Shown here piece after piece: positions 24,369 through 36,931 of a DNA stretch of 64,000 nucleotides. The stretch is from contig CBFDEM010000056.1 in NCBI GenBank assembly GCA_965603825.1, positions 806,001 to 870,000 of the forward strand. The letters run 5' to 3'. Source of the DNA: Blepharisma stoltei ATCC 30299. Taxonomy: Eukaryota > Protista > Ciliophora. The position numbers were made by a program, and so were the translations under genes. The notes beneath the pieces were generated by a model that saw only the letters and a program-made list of their open reading frames with translations, was not told the origin of the DNA and made no database searches. Each line of letters starts with the position of its first letter. The stretch's first letter is position 1.

Positions 24369-25127
24369 ATGAAATATTTTGCTAATATGGAAAACAGAGT
24401 TTCAGATCGAGTGGAGAATATCGTAAATTTGGATGAAAGACCTGTACAAGACTTGCTTGATGAAGAAAACAAATTTTATTATGACCTCGAGCCTATGGAC
24501 ATAAGTGAGCCTTATACCAGCAGTATAACTGATTCAACAGACCATTATTCATCAAATATCGAATATCATAGTCTAGAAAGCCATGATCTGCTTGAAGACA
24601 TTTTCATGGCAGACCAAAAAGAAAAAAGGAAAAGAGGTCGAAGGCCGATTCGCCCCCAAGACCCGATTCGAAAGAAAACAGAAGAAAAAGATAAGTATTG
24701 GCTTCGAGCTTTCAGAAGCTATACTTTTCAGAATTTTAATGAAATCATAAAGGGGTTGGGGAAAGAAGATGTAGAATTCTGACAGTTTTATATGAGTCCT
24801 GATGGAAAACCTGGGAAAGGGCACAAATTTTTGTCATATGGAAAAATTTATAAAACATTTTTATTTTCACATAACACATTTAGGAGCGCTTTTCGAGTCT
24901 GGTTTGAACAGGTGGGAGACGAGCTGCTGAAGAAGAAATATGAGCCAGGGAGCGATAAGTGGTTTGTATTTTATGATTATGCAAGCAAAGATTTGTGCTA
25001 TTATGATATGCCGCAGCCGACACCTGAATCTCCGCCCTCTCCACTTGTATGTATGACATTGGATGATGTGGTGCCGCCTGAAGAGTTTTTACTTGAGTTT
25101 AGTGACCATACTGAGCCTGCATTATAA
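24369..25127 (+). CDS. Putative nuclear/DNA-binding protein of unknown family (252 aa)
   Basis: ORFs 24369..24782 and 24792..25127 are in frame across TGA 24780. Basic KRKRGRRP segment flanked by acidic regions. Confidence 0.75.
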
Positions 25128-25686
25128 TGATTCTTATATAGATATTGTGTTAAAACTAGGACGTGAATAATCTATTCATTTCTTTTCAATTAAAGGAATC
25201 TTTTAATAACCAAAATAAATCAAAAAATCCATAATAAATAAAGAATCTGAATTTTTCACGACTTTATAATTTTGTTTATCTAAAAACCAGCCTTAATTAG
25301 AGCATTATTCCTTAGCTTACCTTCAAAATAAAAATGTTGCATTTTTCTGATCAGATATACATAATACCAGCTTGAATTTCTTTTAAATAAATTTGTAATT
25401 TACCGGCAGTTATTTTATTGAAAATCAAAAACTCCAATAAGTCATCAATTTTTCATCTCCCCACAAAAATGTTTAAAAAATTATTTATTATTTATAATAC
25501 AATTCTCCCGCTCTATCCAATCTAAATAGCTTCCCAAAATAATTAATTATCACAATTTCTCTCAGCCTACAAAGATCTTTAATACTCATTTTAAATATAG
25601 CCACAAGGAATTTCCCGGGTTATATTTTATCATACCCATTTTCAACGCATAAGTTAAAGTAAATTTAAATAATTATAATAATTACA

Positions 25687-28254
25687 ATGAATTGTGAAGA
25701 ATGTTCAAATGCAATTGCCAAACTGTTATGTACTGAATGTGATGAAGCTCTCTGCACGAGGTGTGATGAGGCTATACATAGAGGAGGGAAGAGAAAAACA
25801 CACACAAGACTCCCTCTCTGCCAAAACTGCAGGTCATCCGCCTCTGACCAATGTAGCACATGCCAAATTGTGTTCTGCGGGGAATGCAAGCAGTCACACT
25901 CTCAGCACAGCCTAATCCCAATAATGCCTATAATCAAAACAGCTGTTTTATGGGATTTAAATTCTTGCAAGCCTTATAAATCTGAAGACATCCAAAGAGT
26001 TGCTGGAAATATCAGGGAAACTGCTCAGAATGTTGACTGTTTTAAAGCCTACGGAGAAGCTTTCCAAAAGTGAAAAGGTCTATTTACCTCAAGTGGCATA
26101 GAGTTCATACTGTGTGAAGGTCTCAAAGAAACCGAAGCACTCATGATTGACCTTCCAATAATTGGAACTAAAGGAATCACCGATATCTTAATCATTTCCG
26201 CCCAGGCCTCTCAGCTGAAGCCTTATTTATCACAAATCCAAACAAATTTCCCATCAGTCCGCATCCTTATAGCTACTTCTATTTCCCCTTTGAATTTTGT
26301 AACAATCAGCCAGCTTGCCAAAGACCTTCCAAGATTTTCAAAACCTGAGGTGTTTTCTACAAATTCCAATAGAAACTCATGCTCACAGCTCAATATAAAG
26401 CCTATAGAAAAAATTGCCAGTCCTCTCAGTGCAGCCGTTAATCAATTTTTCAAAAAATACGGACATGATTCTGCATGCGAAATTGTGATAAATTCACTAA
26501 AAGAGCTAGCTGAAACAGGTTTAATAATGCACGACGCTGCTTGGTTTACTCGTGCTTTAGCTCAAAGACACCAATTTTCTGTCGACAGGGCAGCAGACTA
26601 CATAAATCTTGCCCAAAGAGCTCAAATTATTCATGTAAATGAGCGTCAGTTCGGAAACATAAAAACCATCAAATTCTGCAGCTTTAAGCTTGAAAGTGTC
26701 AGCTTAGAAAGCTTACTGTGGGTTTTAAGGTCTCTAAGAATAGATGAAATGATGCCTACTGAAAGAGCGATCCAGTCTAGAATGAAAGAGGCTTTTGATT
26801 TCAAGCCATCCCCTTCTCAGTGGGAAAACCTTATAGACTCCTGTAAAATATATTCACCGAACAAGCATCAACATACAAAAAGTGCGCCTTCTGACAAGCC
26901 AGAAACAAGTTTTTCATTATTTGCCAGAAATTTATTGAGTAGGGACGAAAAAATCCCTGAGTTTTCTCTATCAGAAGTAATTGATCCTGTAACTGGGGTA
27001 GAAACTTATCTGATTTACCCAGTCGGAGAAGAATGGGAATCTGTCGATCAGCTTATAAAGAACGGGGACACACTTAGAATCAAGGCAACTAAAGAATGGG
27101 AAGCTTTTGTACAATATTTAGAGTCGTATTTTCTAGGATCAAAAATTGATGATAATTTAGCTATTCCAGGAGGTAGGTATGGGTGTGCACAATTTTTAAA
27201 ACTATGTGCCTCACAAACATTGAAGAATTGCTCATTAGGAAGATTAAGCTATATGGTCCAGCTTGCTATTGATGAAGACTTATTGAGATACCAAAAGACG
27301 TTACTTGTCTGGACAGCTGCAGCGTCTAATAAGTCAGAAGAAGAAAATATGATGAAGCTTAGACTAGTTACCAAAGGGATTTTAGATTTATTAAGAGAAA
27401 ATAGGTCAGGGATTTCACTTGCCCAGCTGCCACAAAATTTGAAAAAGAAGCTAAATTTCAGCTATGATATTACCGAGCTTGGGTTTTCCAAGCTAAAAGA
27501 CTTGCTGCTGACCATGCCTGAAGTAGAAATTGAGCTGCGAGGCTCAAACCATCCTTTTGCAACATTAAAAAACCCTAGGAAGAGAAGGTCTGATGAAACT
27601 GAACTTCTTGTGAAAGAAATGGACGATATTCTTGGTGACTTTAAACAAGGACTTCCAGGCAACAGAGTTGACAAAATGCTTCATGCAAAGCTTGGGCATT
27701 CTATTAACTGGACTGACTACAAGTGCAGCAATATTTATGATTTTGTCCAAAAGAGAGCCTCAAGCTCGTTTGCGATAAGTGGAAGTGGAGACTCCAGAAC
27801 TATTATAAGCAAAAGATCAATATCGTCTGATATAGAAACCAGAGACAGCGCTTCGTCAATGGAATATTTTTTATCAAACCCAAGTGATTTATTCTACATA
27901 CCAAATTCCCAGCCAAAAGTAATTAATGTTTCAAATCTGCCTCCAGAGCTGCAAGATTCAATGCAGCAGCAAGCTTTAGAAGGCCATGCTGAGCAGCAGA
28001 GGAAGTTTATAGAAGAGCTGCTTTATGAAGATGAAGATATTTCTAATACTTTGCATGGAGTGGATCCACCACATTACAGGACTGATAGTGTAGAGTATCA
28101 CTGGAGCCCAATGTTTTCAAGCCAGATGGGAGAAACACACAAAAACAAAACGTTAAGTCAAGATTTCAATGGGCAGCTAAATGAGTACACACGAAAACAT
28201 CATTCTTCTTATGAAGGACTTGGATTTTGCCCACCTCCTGGATTTAGCCAATAG
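25687..28254 (+). CDS. B-box + degenerate NYN + OHA + LOTUS (OST-HTH) domain protein, MARF1/limkain-like (855 aa)
   Basis: Joined across TGA 26071. B-box CEEC...CTECDEALCTRCDEAIH; NYN-like TAVLWDLNSC; OHA-like GGRYGCAQFLK...SLGRLSYMVQLAI; LOTUS GISLAQLPQ...ELGFSKLKDLL. Confidence 0.8.
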
Positions 28255-28270
28255 TGTAAATAATGCGATT

Positions 28271-29008
28271 TTAAGAAATTTTAAATTTAATAGTAATTAG
28301 TTTTTCATGAATGTGCTTACATTCATACTCATTTGTATCAACTTCTTCTATATATAAGCTCTCTGGTATCGAATTATTTCAATATCCTGCCGCAATTAAA
28401 TTTCCTTCATCATTTACTGAGCTGGTTACAATTATACCTGTATAAATACTTAGCCTTTTCAAAAGCCCTTCCAGCTCTTTGCACAGCTCATTAGCTTGGC
28501 CTCAGTCTTCTATAGAAAAAAGCAAAGGTGAAATCCCATCTATTACAACTAATCCATACGGATTCGCCCGACTCAACCCAAAGCATATACAAATAAGCGA
28601 TTTAATATCAAAACACGGTAAAGTTACTAAATTTTCATGATAATTCAAAGATTCAGCAAATGCGTCACAATTGCACTTTGAGATGTTTACATATAGCACC
28701 TTATTTTGCTTTAATAGCGCATTCGAAACAGCTCGCCTGCAGAGCATAGTTTTCCCTTGTTTCGCCCTTCCTTGTATTTCTATTAATCCTTCACACAGCT
28801 CTAAAGCTTGGTCAAGCTCAAAAATCCCAAACTGAAACCTGCTTTTCTTATCAATCAATAAATCAGCAGCAGATACTGGTATTGGTGCAACCTGCGCAGC
28901 AATTCCTGCATAAATATCATCAATCTCTTCTTCATTATACTCGGAACGCTCATTTAGCATCACATTTGTTACTCCTTTCCTAGAAAATTTAAATATGAAG
29001 TCTTCCAT
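28271..29008 (-). CDS. Divergent RAD51 paralog (RAD51D/XRCC-like, 245 aa)
   Basis: GIFELDQAL, Walker A EIQGRAKQGKT, VLYVN, Walker B LVVIDGI. Reads through two TGA to TAA at 28271-28273. Confidence 0.72.
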
Positions 29009-29021
29009 TTTATAGAGTTAC

Positions 29022-30938
29022 TTATGGATTCGTTTCTTCCCACTCCAGGTCTCCATCTTCATCAGGGAACACCTCAGGCGGGATTTCAATTGGCCTATTG
29101 CTTTCAATCTCGTCAAACTCCTGCAGAAACTTGTTATCATCAAAAACAGCCCTTTCTGCAAATTCGTCAAGCAGGTCTTGCTCTTTATTAAACTTATCCC
29201 TAGCTTCTTCTAAAGCTTGCTGTTTCTTATTGGCTAAATCTTCAAAAGTTTTGATGGCAAGCTCCCTTTCTTCTTTTTTCATAAGATATTGTCTTCTTCT
29301 GCAGGTCACGTCAAGAATCCTGACTCGTAGACACAGTTCTAAAAACCTGAAAAGCAAGAAAAGTGATAAGGAGTATTTGCGTAGAAGCTCAGAATTGACT
29401 GACTTTACGTCTTTGTCTAGTTTTAAAGTTCTAGCGTAGGCTGGAGGTTTTTCGTTTTTTGGCCCAGAAGGGTTGACTGTTTTGAGGCAGTTTTCGAAAT
29501 GGTCGTTGAGGTATTTTTTGGAATTTTTCCAGTTTAGCTGGTTTGTGCCAGGGGTGACGAGCTTTTCTCTGTCAATTCCGAAGTAGTAGAAGACAAGTTG
29601 GAAAACCCTGGCGAATTTTATGACTTTGAAGTCTTTAAAGCTGTAGATTTCTCTGAGCATTGAAGGGTCTAGCACACGCTTTCGGAGGATTTCAAGGAGA
29701 GCTTTGGATTCTGCGAGGTGTTTTAAATCGTCGTGGGCGTTTACATCGAGGGTTTTGACAGCTTCTTCAGCAGCAAGTCTTTCTTCTTCGCTTCAATCAA
29801 GCTGTTTTTCGTTGTAGACTTCTTTGTTGTGGTCATAAACAGAGAGATAGGCAGTTATATCTTTTTTTAGGGATTGGTTTTCTGCTCTTTCCCATTCATT
29901 TGTAAAGAAGACGATTCAATCGACACATTTTTTTCTATCTTCTTCTGTAAATTCTCTGTCTTGGCCCATTGAATCGAGTCCGACGATTAGTTTTATGTCA
30001 TTGGTTTTATAAGGCGCTTCTACGATTTCTTCGAAAATTTTCTCTTCTTCGTCCTTGTTGCTTCTGTTTTCGTAGTTTAATTTTTCTTGCTCTTGGTCTG
30101 CTCTTTGTCTTCTGCATTCTAAGGCATCTTCCACTGCAAAGTCAAAGCTAGCTTCAGATAAGCAGCTCTTATAAGTCATAGGCACCACAAAATAAGAGCC
30201 AAGCTTTGGAACATCAAAGAACTTCAATTTAAGTTCACTAATAACATCAGGCACAAATTTTGCATTGAGCTGGTACAGCTTTGGCGGTTTTTCTACTTTA
30301 TTTTCCTCATCTCCACTTCCTGCATCTTCAACTTCCGGCTCCTTCCAAACGCTATAAGTAATTTCTCCTTCCTCTTCTTTAATTGTTTTTCCAACCATAA
30401 ATTCGGAGCCTTCAGAAGCTTCGATATATCTGATATGCTGTGGTGCCTCATCGTCTATATGTGCCAACTCTTCATCAGTCTCTTTAATAGGCCTTTTCAC
30501 TTTTTCCAAAATCCCTGCATACACAGCAGTTGCATTGGTTGATTTTTTTAAGAAATTTATAAAATCCTTCAAAATATCATCAAGATCTAATGAAGCTTTT
30601 ATTGATGCAGCGAATTCTTCTTCTTTTGACTTTTTCAAGTCTTTTTCAATTCTTTCTTTTTCTTCTATGTCACGTTCATCTTGTAGAGCTTGTTCGTGCT
30701 TTTGGATAAGAGAGTCTTTTTGTTCAAGCCTTGTGTATTCTTGGTCTTTGTTTTTAAGAGTAGCGGCATAGTTTAGAAGCCAGTTTCCGAGAAAGTGGAG
30801 AGGGTTATTTGGCTTGGCAAGATATAGCTCGCTTAGAGCTTCAGCGACAACGTCACCAATTGGGTCTTGTTTGAGGTATTTAATGTCTTCATGCTCTTGG
30901 GCCTTTATAAACCTCGCGTGGTTAACCAAATTTGACAT
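29022..30938 (-). CDS. Dpy-30/DD-motif protein, probably ciliary (638 aa)
   Basis: ORFs 29916..30938 and 29022..29675 join in frame across two TGA. N-terminal IGDVVAEALSELYLAKPNNPLHFLGNWLL is a Dpy-30 motif. Confidence 0.78.
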
Positions 30939-32025
30939 AACTGCTAAATATGGATTAATAGATTTTAATTTATTGAGAAAGTTATATTGATTAATAGATT
31001 GCAGTTTTTTGCAACTAAAATCTTATTTAAATAAGTATTAGGTTACTTAAGACTTGTCTATTTTTCTATTTTTACTAAAATAGTTCTTATACTGATATGG
31101 ATTTTGCTTTTTAATTTATAGTAGCTTCTTGAGCGGATAAAATTGCTGCTTTAGCGCTTACTCGAAACTAGAAAAATTGTCGCATCTAGTCATACTGGAT
31201 ATCTCTGTTGAGAAAAAAATTAGGATTTCCCCTTTCCAATTCAAACTTTTTCTCCATGCAAAGCTTAAACTAACGAATTGCAAGGCTATCTTAATATTTG
31301 AGTTAAAGTTTAATATTATCTGATTAAGAACTTATACAAATTAAAGATATGTCTGCACCAAAAGCACTTACCATACTCTTTTTGAATGATGCCAAAATAA
31401 ATAGAAGAATACTGTTATCTTTATAAATATGACCATATCATACTAGAGACATTAATAAAGAGAGAAAATCTTTTGAGCCTTTATACAGCTCTAAATCAGG
31501 AAAAGCTTAACAAATCTGACTTCTATTACAATATGCGCATTAATGCTATACGCAGAGCTAATAATTCAATAAATTCTTTTACAAAATCCTCATTACCAGC
31601 TAATATATTCTCCCAAATGAGAATTTAATTCTTCTTCATGATCTGAAGGCAATTGTAAATACATATCATCTTCTGAACTGCATATTAATTCTCCTTCCTG
31701 CACTGAAGATAATGGCAATTCACCCAATATTTTTCCTGAACTTAATCTTTTTTCTTTTTCTATAATTAAGATCTAGCATTCAAAATAATTATTTAATTTT
31801 AAAGCAAGGTTTTTTGTAGACTTATACTGAATTTATATATAAATTTTATTACATGCTTATTATGATGATTAGCTATTTCAATAAAAATAGTTAAAATTCA
31901 GTCACAAATATGTTAAAAAATTATTAAAAATGATGACGACTATAAAGCCATATCATACGAAGTCTGAAAAATAAAAAATAATTATTCACTGACTCAAAGA
32001 TTTGTGTGTTAGAAAACGAATAAAA

Positions 32026-32256
32026 ATGGGATCCTGCATATCCTTTAAAACCAAGATTTTGGCTGATAAACAAACCGCAGAACTTAACATTAATTATCAA
32101 CAAAAAAGAATTGCGATCCGCCAAATTTACCAAAAAAAGGCTAAGCAGGCTCCTATTTTAAAACTTGACACGAATCCCTTGTATATTAAAAGAACTTTTT
32201 CCGAGATTACAAGCAAAACTGGAGTGAGTAATTCCCTAAATCATCTTCTTGACTAA
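32026..32256 (+). CDS. Small putatively myristoylated/palmitoylated protein (76 aa)
   Basis: ATG in an AAAAATG context; N-terminus MGSCIS fits dual acylation; TAA stop; AT-rich flanks. Confidence 0.5.
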   Translation: MGSCISFKTKILADKQTAELNINYQQKRIAIRQIYQKKAKQAPILKLDTNPLYIKRTFSEITSKTGVSNSLNHLLD

Positions 32257-32469
32257 GGGTTCTAAATTTACACTCAAGGCTTAAATAATTTTTGATTTAA
32301 TTTATTTCATTCCCAAAAACATCGAATTCTTCTTCTTTCAATATTTGGATTTTGCTAATTAAAAATCCATTAATTTTCTATTTTAAAAAATCAAGAAAGC
32401 TGAGTCATTTTGGATTTCAATATTATAGCATATAAGTATTGGCACATATTATGGAAAAATCTATTATAA

Positions 32470-34923
32470 ATGTCAAAGACAAGAGTTCCAATCTTGCCAA
32501 TAGGTCATCGTGTAATATTTCCTGGCACGACTGTGCGGATTACGATCTCAAATATTTCTGAATGTAATTACCATTTAGTTTCCCGAGGAAAAAAGCTGAC
32601 AATGTTTGGAATTCTCCCATTCAAAGATCCAGATCGCAAGCAATTTTACAACTATGGAACCTTAGTCGGAATAGTCCACGAGCAGCCTGTAATTCGCCGT
32701 AATCCTAACACAGGAGAAAGCCTTATCACGAACTTTTTTAACACCCCTGTTTCTTCTTTTTCTAGAAATGACTCCAATATAATCGCAATCGGTGTCGAAA
32801 GATTTAAACTCTTATCAATCTCTGAAGAAGGCAAGAACTTATGGGGAAGTATACAAATAGAAAAGGACACAAACACGAAGGTTTCTGATACTCTAATAGA
32901 AGATCTCAGAAAAAGTGGAGTCCATTATGTCCAGCGCGCTAGGATGGCCGAAGCTATTTCTAGAGAGTAATCATTATGTAGGCGACTTCAAAGAATCCAA
33001 GAAGAAAAAGATATAACGAACCTAGGGTTTTATATTGCAAGCTTTCTCGAGATATCTACCCCTGAAAAACAAGCTCTTTTAGAAAATTTCAATTTAGAAA
33101 GCAGGACTAATCAAATTATTGCACATGCCCTGAATACGACTGAAGAAGACCAAATAAGCGAAGAAATTAGTAAAAAGGTGCAGAAAAACTTGCAGGAGCA
33201 AAGCAAAAGGATAAAAAGTGATGGGGTTATAAGTGGGATTCCTGGGATGTCTGGAGGAGAATCTGATGATTTTATTACAAAAATTCAGCAGAAACTGGAT
33301 ACTTTGCAAATGCCAGAAAATAGCAAAAAATATGTCCAAGGAGAGCTGGATCGGCTGAGGACGCTTAGGTCTGTTAACCCAGAATATAATATGATTAGAA
33401 CTTATCTAGAAACAGTCTGTGCACTTCCTTGGAATACTTCAAGCCAAGACAAAAATGATATTGACCAAGCACAAGTTCAGCTTGACAATGACCACTTTGG
33501 GCTGGAAAAAATCAAAAAGAGAATCATTGAATATTTAGCTGTGCGTGGGCTCAAAAAAGATATGAAAGGCTCTATTTTGTGCTTCACAGGCCCACCAGGT
33601 GTCGGGAAAACATCTTTAGGCAAATCAATAGCAGATGCTATGGGCCGAAAATTCCACAGAATTGCTTTAGGAGGCGTCCGTGACGAAGCTGAAATAAGAG
33701 GACATCGCCGCACTTATATTGGATCTATGCCTGGTGTCTTTATTCATGCCCTTAAAAGCTGCGGGACCAACAATCCAGTCATTCTTCTCGATGAGATTGA
33801 TAAAGTTGGTAAAGACATGATCAGAGGTGACCCTGCTTCTGCATTACTTGAAGTATTAGACCCAGCCCAAAACCACACATTTACAGATCATTATATGTCA
33901 GTACCTTTTGACCTCTCTAATGTCCTATTTTTAGCCACCTCAAATCGTATAGAAACAATCCCAGCCCCACTCCGTGACAGAATGGAAGTTATTGAGCTGA
34001 CTGGGTACAGTACTTATGAGAAGCTACAAATTGCCAAACGGTTTTTAGTACCAAAGCAAGTCAGTGAAAATGGAATAAAGCTGGAAATTATTGAGTTTAC
34101 TGATGACAGCTTAAATAAAATCATTTTGGAGTACACAAGAGAAGCTGGGGTAAGGCAGCTGGAAAGAAATATTGGGTCGATATGCAGAGGAATTGCAGTG
34201 GAGTATTCAAAAGCACTTAAAAACGGTAGCAATTTTCCACAGAAAATCATAACAAATGCAGTTGTGGAAGAAATTTTGGGAATTCCGATTTTTGAAAACG
34301 ATATAGAAGAACGCTTAAGCACGCCTGGGGTTGCATTGGGGCTTGCATGGACTCCTTATGGAGGAAAAGTACTGATAGTAGAAACTTCAAAGTCACAAGG
34401 ATCAGGAAAGCTTCGAATTACAGGGCAGCTTGGAGACGTCATGAAGGAATCAGTCTTAACTGCAATCAGCTGAATTAAATCAAAATTCCCCAGCATTGCA
34501 AATGCAAATTCTTCTTCCAGATCTGACGAAGGCTTTGACGGGCTTGACATCCATATCCATTTTCCAGCCGCAGCAGTCCCAAAAGACGGTCCATCTGCAG
34601 GAATTACTATCACAACTGCCTTAGTCAGTCTTTTATCAGGCGTCAAAGTCAGAAGTGACACTGGGATGACTGGAGAAATTTCTCTCAAAGGAAACGTACT
34701 TCCTATTGGCGGTCTAAAAGAAAAAGTCCTCGGCGCACACAGAATGGGAGTCAAGAGAATCATTTTGCCTGAGAGGAACAAAAAAGACATTAAAGACATC
34801 CCTGACTACGTGAAAAAAGATTTAGAATTTATATGTGTCAGAAAAATAGAAGAGGTGCTAAGAGAAGCCTTAGAAGACAAAAGTATACTTGGGAAAATGG
34901 AAATAGATAATCCTAAGCTTTAG
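32470..34923 (+). CDS. LONP2: Lon protease, peroxisomal type; exons 32470..32966 and 32982..34923
   Basis: Lon N-domain PILPIGHRVIFPG; GPPGVGKT; RGHRRTYIGSMPG; LLDEIDK; PKDGPSAG; PIGGLKEK. 15-nt intron; TGA=Trp at 34471 (AISWIK); C-terminal PKL is PTS1-like. Confidence 0.92.
32967..32981 (+). other. 15-nt spliceosomal intron GTAATCATTATGTAG
   Basis: GT..AG ends, A at position 10, contains an in-frame TAA; removal joins the Lon N-domain to the AAA+ domain. Confidence 0.9.
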
Positions 34924-34925
34924 AT

Positions 34926-35750
34926 TTAAATTAACCGGACAGCTAATGATAAATGGTCGCTTGGATAATGTGGAGATGGAAGACCATTAGGCCCAATTTC
35001 TTCTAATGATGGAATTGAAAGCAAGCTTTGGATTTGGAAGCCACGGAGCCATATGTAGTCTTCGGTTTTTTTCTGAAGAGAATTTCTGATTTTTACAGTT
35101 GTATAAGGGACTTCTCCTTGTGAAAAAATGTCTCTGTAAGCACTTCGCAAGCCAAGCTGATTGTTAAACATTTCTAAATGGGCTGGGTTTTCAGGCAAAC
35201 TGTTGAAGTCTCCACAAAGGATTAAGCTTTTGGTATAGTCAATTGGTTCTAAATGTCTTATCAAAGATCTGATCTGATTCACCCTTACATCTTCATAGTC
35301 TTTATTCGCTTTCAAATGCAAAGCATAGACATAAAATTCTTTATTTGACCACGTGTCTAATAGCCTAGCCCCTAATGCAAATTGATTACGGCCTTCAAAA
35401 TGGCAAACTTCATTAGAAATCACAGTAAACCTGTTTGTTTTATAAAATATCGCAGAGCCATCTCGATGCCACGATGGCTTTTTTTGAAAAAATCCTGCAT
35501 ATCCAAGTCTTATAAGTTCTGGCTCTAAAAAATCAGCATAATGGTCGACCTCCTCTGCACAGAGAATATCAGGATTGAAACGTTCAATTTCAAATAAAAT
35601 TCTTGGCCTTCTAAAATTTCAGCTTAAATTTTCTTCATTTACAGCTGGAAAATCATTTGCTAGTTGGTCTGCCAGCATATTTCATTGCATCACAGTTAAA
35701 CTGCTTTCACCTTCAGCAACCTGCACAAAAGCTCTAGGGAGAAGATCCAT
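34926..35750 (-). CDS. NOCT: Nocturnin / CCR4-like EEP phosphatase (274 aa)
   Basis: TVMQ(W)NMLA, LS(W)NFRRPRILFEI, PDILCAEEVDHY, DGSAIFY, HLKA, CGDFNSLP, YPSDHLSL. TGA at 35682 and 35619 both fall on conserved Trp positions. Confidence 0.88.
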
Positions 35751-35777
35751 TTATACTAAAAAAATTATTAATAAATC

Positions 35778-36923
35778 ATGCTGCCTCTTAAAATTGATTT
35801 TAGGCTCACACCTTCTCAACGTGCAGGTGCTACAAGTTCAGAGCCTCCTCGAATAAGCAGAAATACAGTAGAATTTGGCAAAAAAGTAAGGCTTATAAAA
35901 AAAATTCCTGAAAAAATCAAGACATATGAAGAAGATTTTTTATTAGAAAAAGAAGGAGACATTAGATCGTTTTTTGATGAAGCTAATTCTCCTGGTACCC
36001 CAGGAGTAAGATATAATGATAAAGGCAAAATTATTCCATATTCAATTATTGGACCTGCTTCTTTATTTGAAAATCAGCCAAATGTTCCTAAGTATTCTCC
36101 TCTCCCGTCCTACAGTTTGCCCAGCAGCCCACTAGGGATTTTTAAATTTGGCTTTCCTTTAGTCAGAAAGCAGCTGCTTAAAATAGACCATGAAAAAAAA
36201 TTTAAAGATCGGCTTGCACAAATAGAAGAAGTTAAAAAAAGCAGCAAAGCCAAAGAAAAAGAAACTTTAAAAGCTCTGAGTTTAGAAGAAAAAATAAAGA
36301 TAACTAAAGAGCAGAGAGCTTTAAGGCAATTTCAAAGAATGCAAGAAAAATGAGACCATATTGATGAAGGACTTTGTAAAAGGATACAAAAACATAAAGA
36401 AGAGCTGCTTCCTACAAGGGCTTGCGAATATAGAGAAAAATTAGAAGAGCTTGATATTATTGATAAAGTTAGGAGCTTAGACAAATCAAATAAATATCAT
36501 TGATATATGTCGTTAAGAGGGGACCCAAGAACAGATAAACTTGATGCTATTGTAAATGTTGGGAATTTTATGACAGGTCTATATACAAGAATAAGGCAAA
36601 GGTCTTCTTCTCAGTCAATTATTAGGAAACCAGGAACAGTTAAGGCAAATTCTAAGACTTTTCGTGATGACCCTTATTTTAAAGATACAGCGAAAAATGG
36701 AGAAATTTATAGCAGCTTAAGCCAGGCGAGAAATATAAAATGCGAAGAGCTTAATGTTATTGGGTTAAGTAAATTGCCAATGGAAATTGATGCAGTTAAA
36801 TCAGCAGGCTACGAAAACTTAAAGCTCGAAGCTATAGAAAAAGGGGACGAAGAAGAAATCATTGTCGAAAACTACGCTCCCAGAATCCGTGCATTTAGTA
36901 CAAAAACCACTATAAAATATTAA
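35778..36923 (+). CDS. MYCBP-associated protein (MYCBPAP) N-terminal-like protein (381 aa)
   Basis: Joined across TGA 36351 and 36501. RYNDKGKIIPYSIIG and ALRQF...W...LL...EYRE..E.L resemble MYCBPAP; family call is tentative. Confidence 0.6.
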
Positions 36924-36931
36924 TTTTTAAT

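Noticed and set aside
28422-28437. Intron-like 16-mer GTATAATTGTAACCAG in the RAD51 paralog
   Set aside because: Splicing it creates an immediate TAA, whereas the unspliced frame continues with RecA-fold-like sequence.
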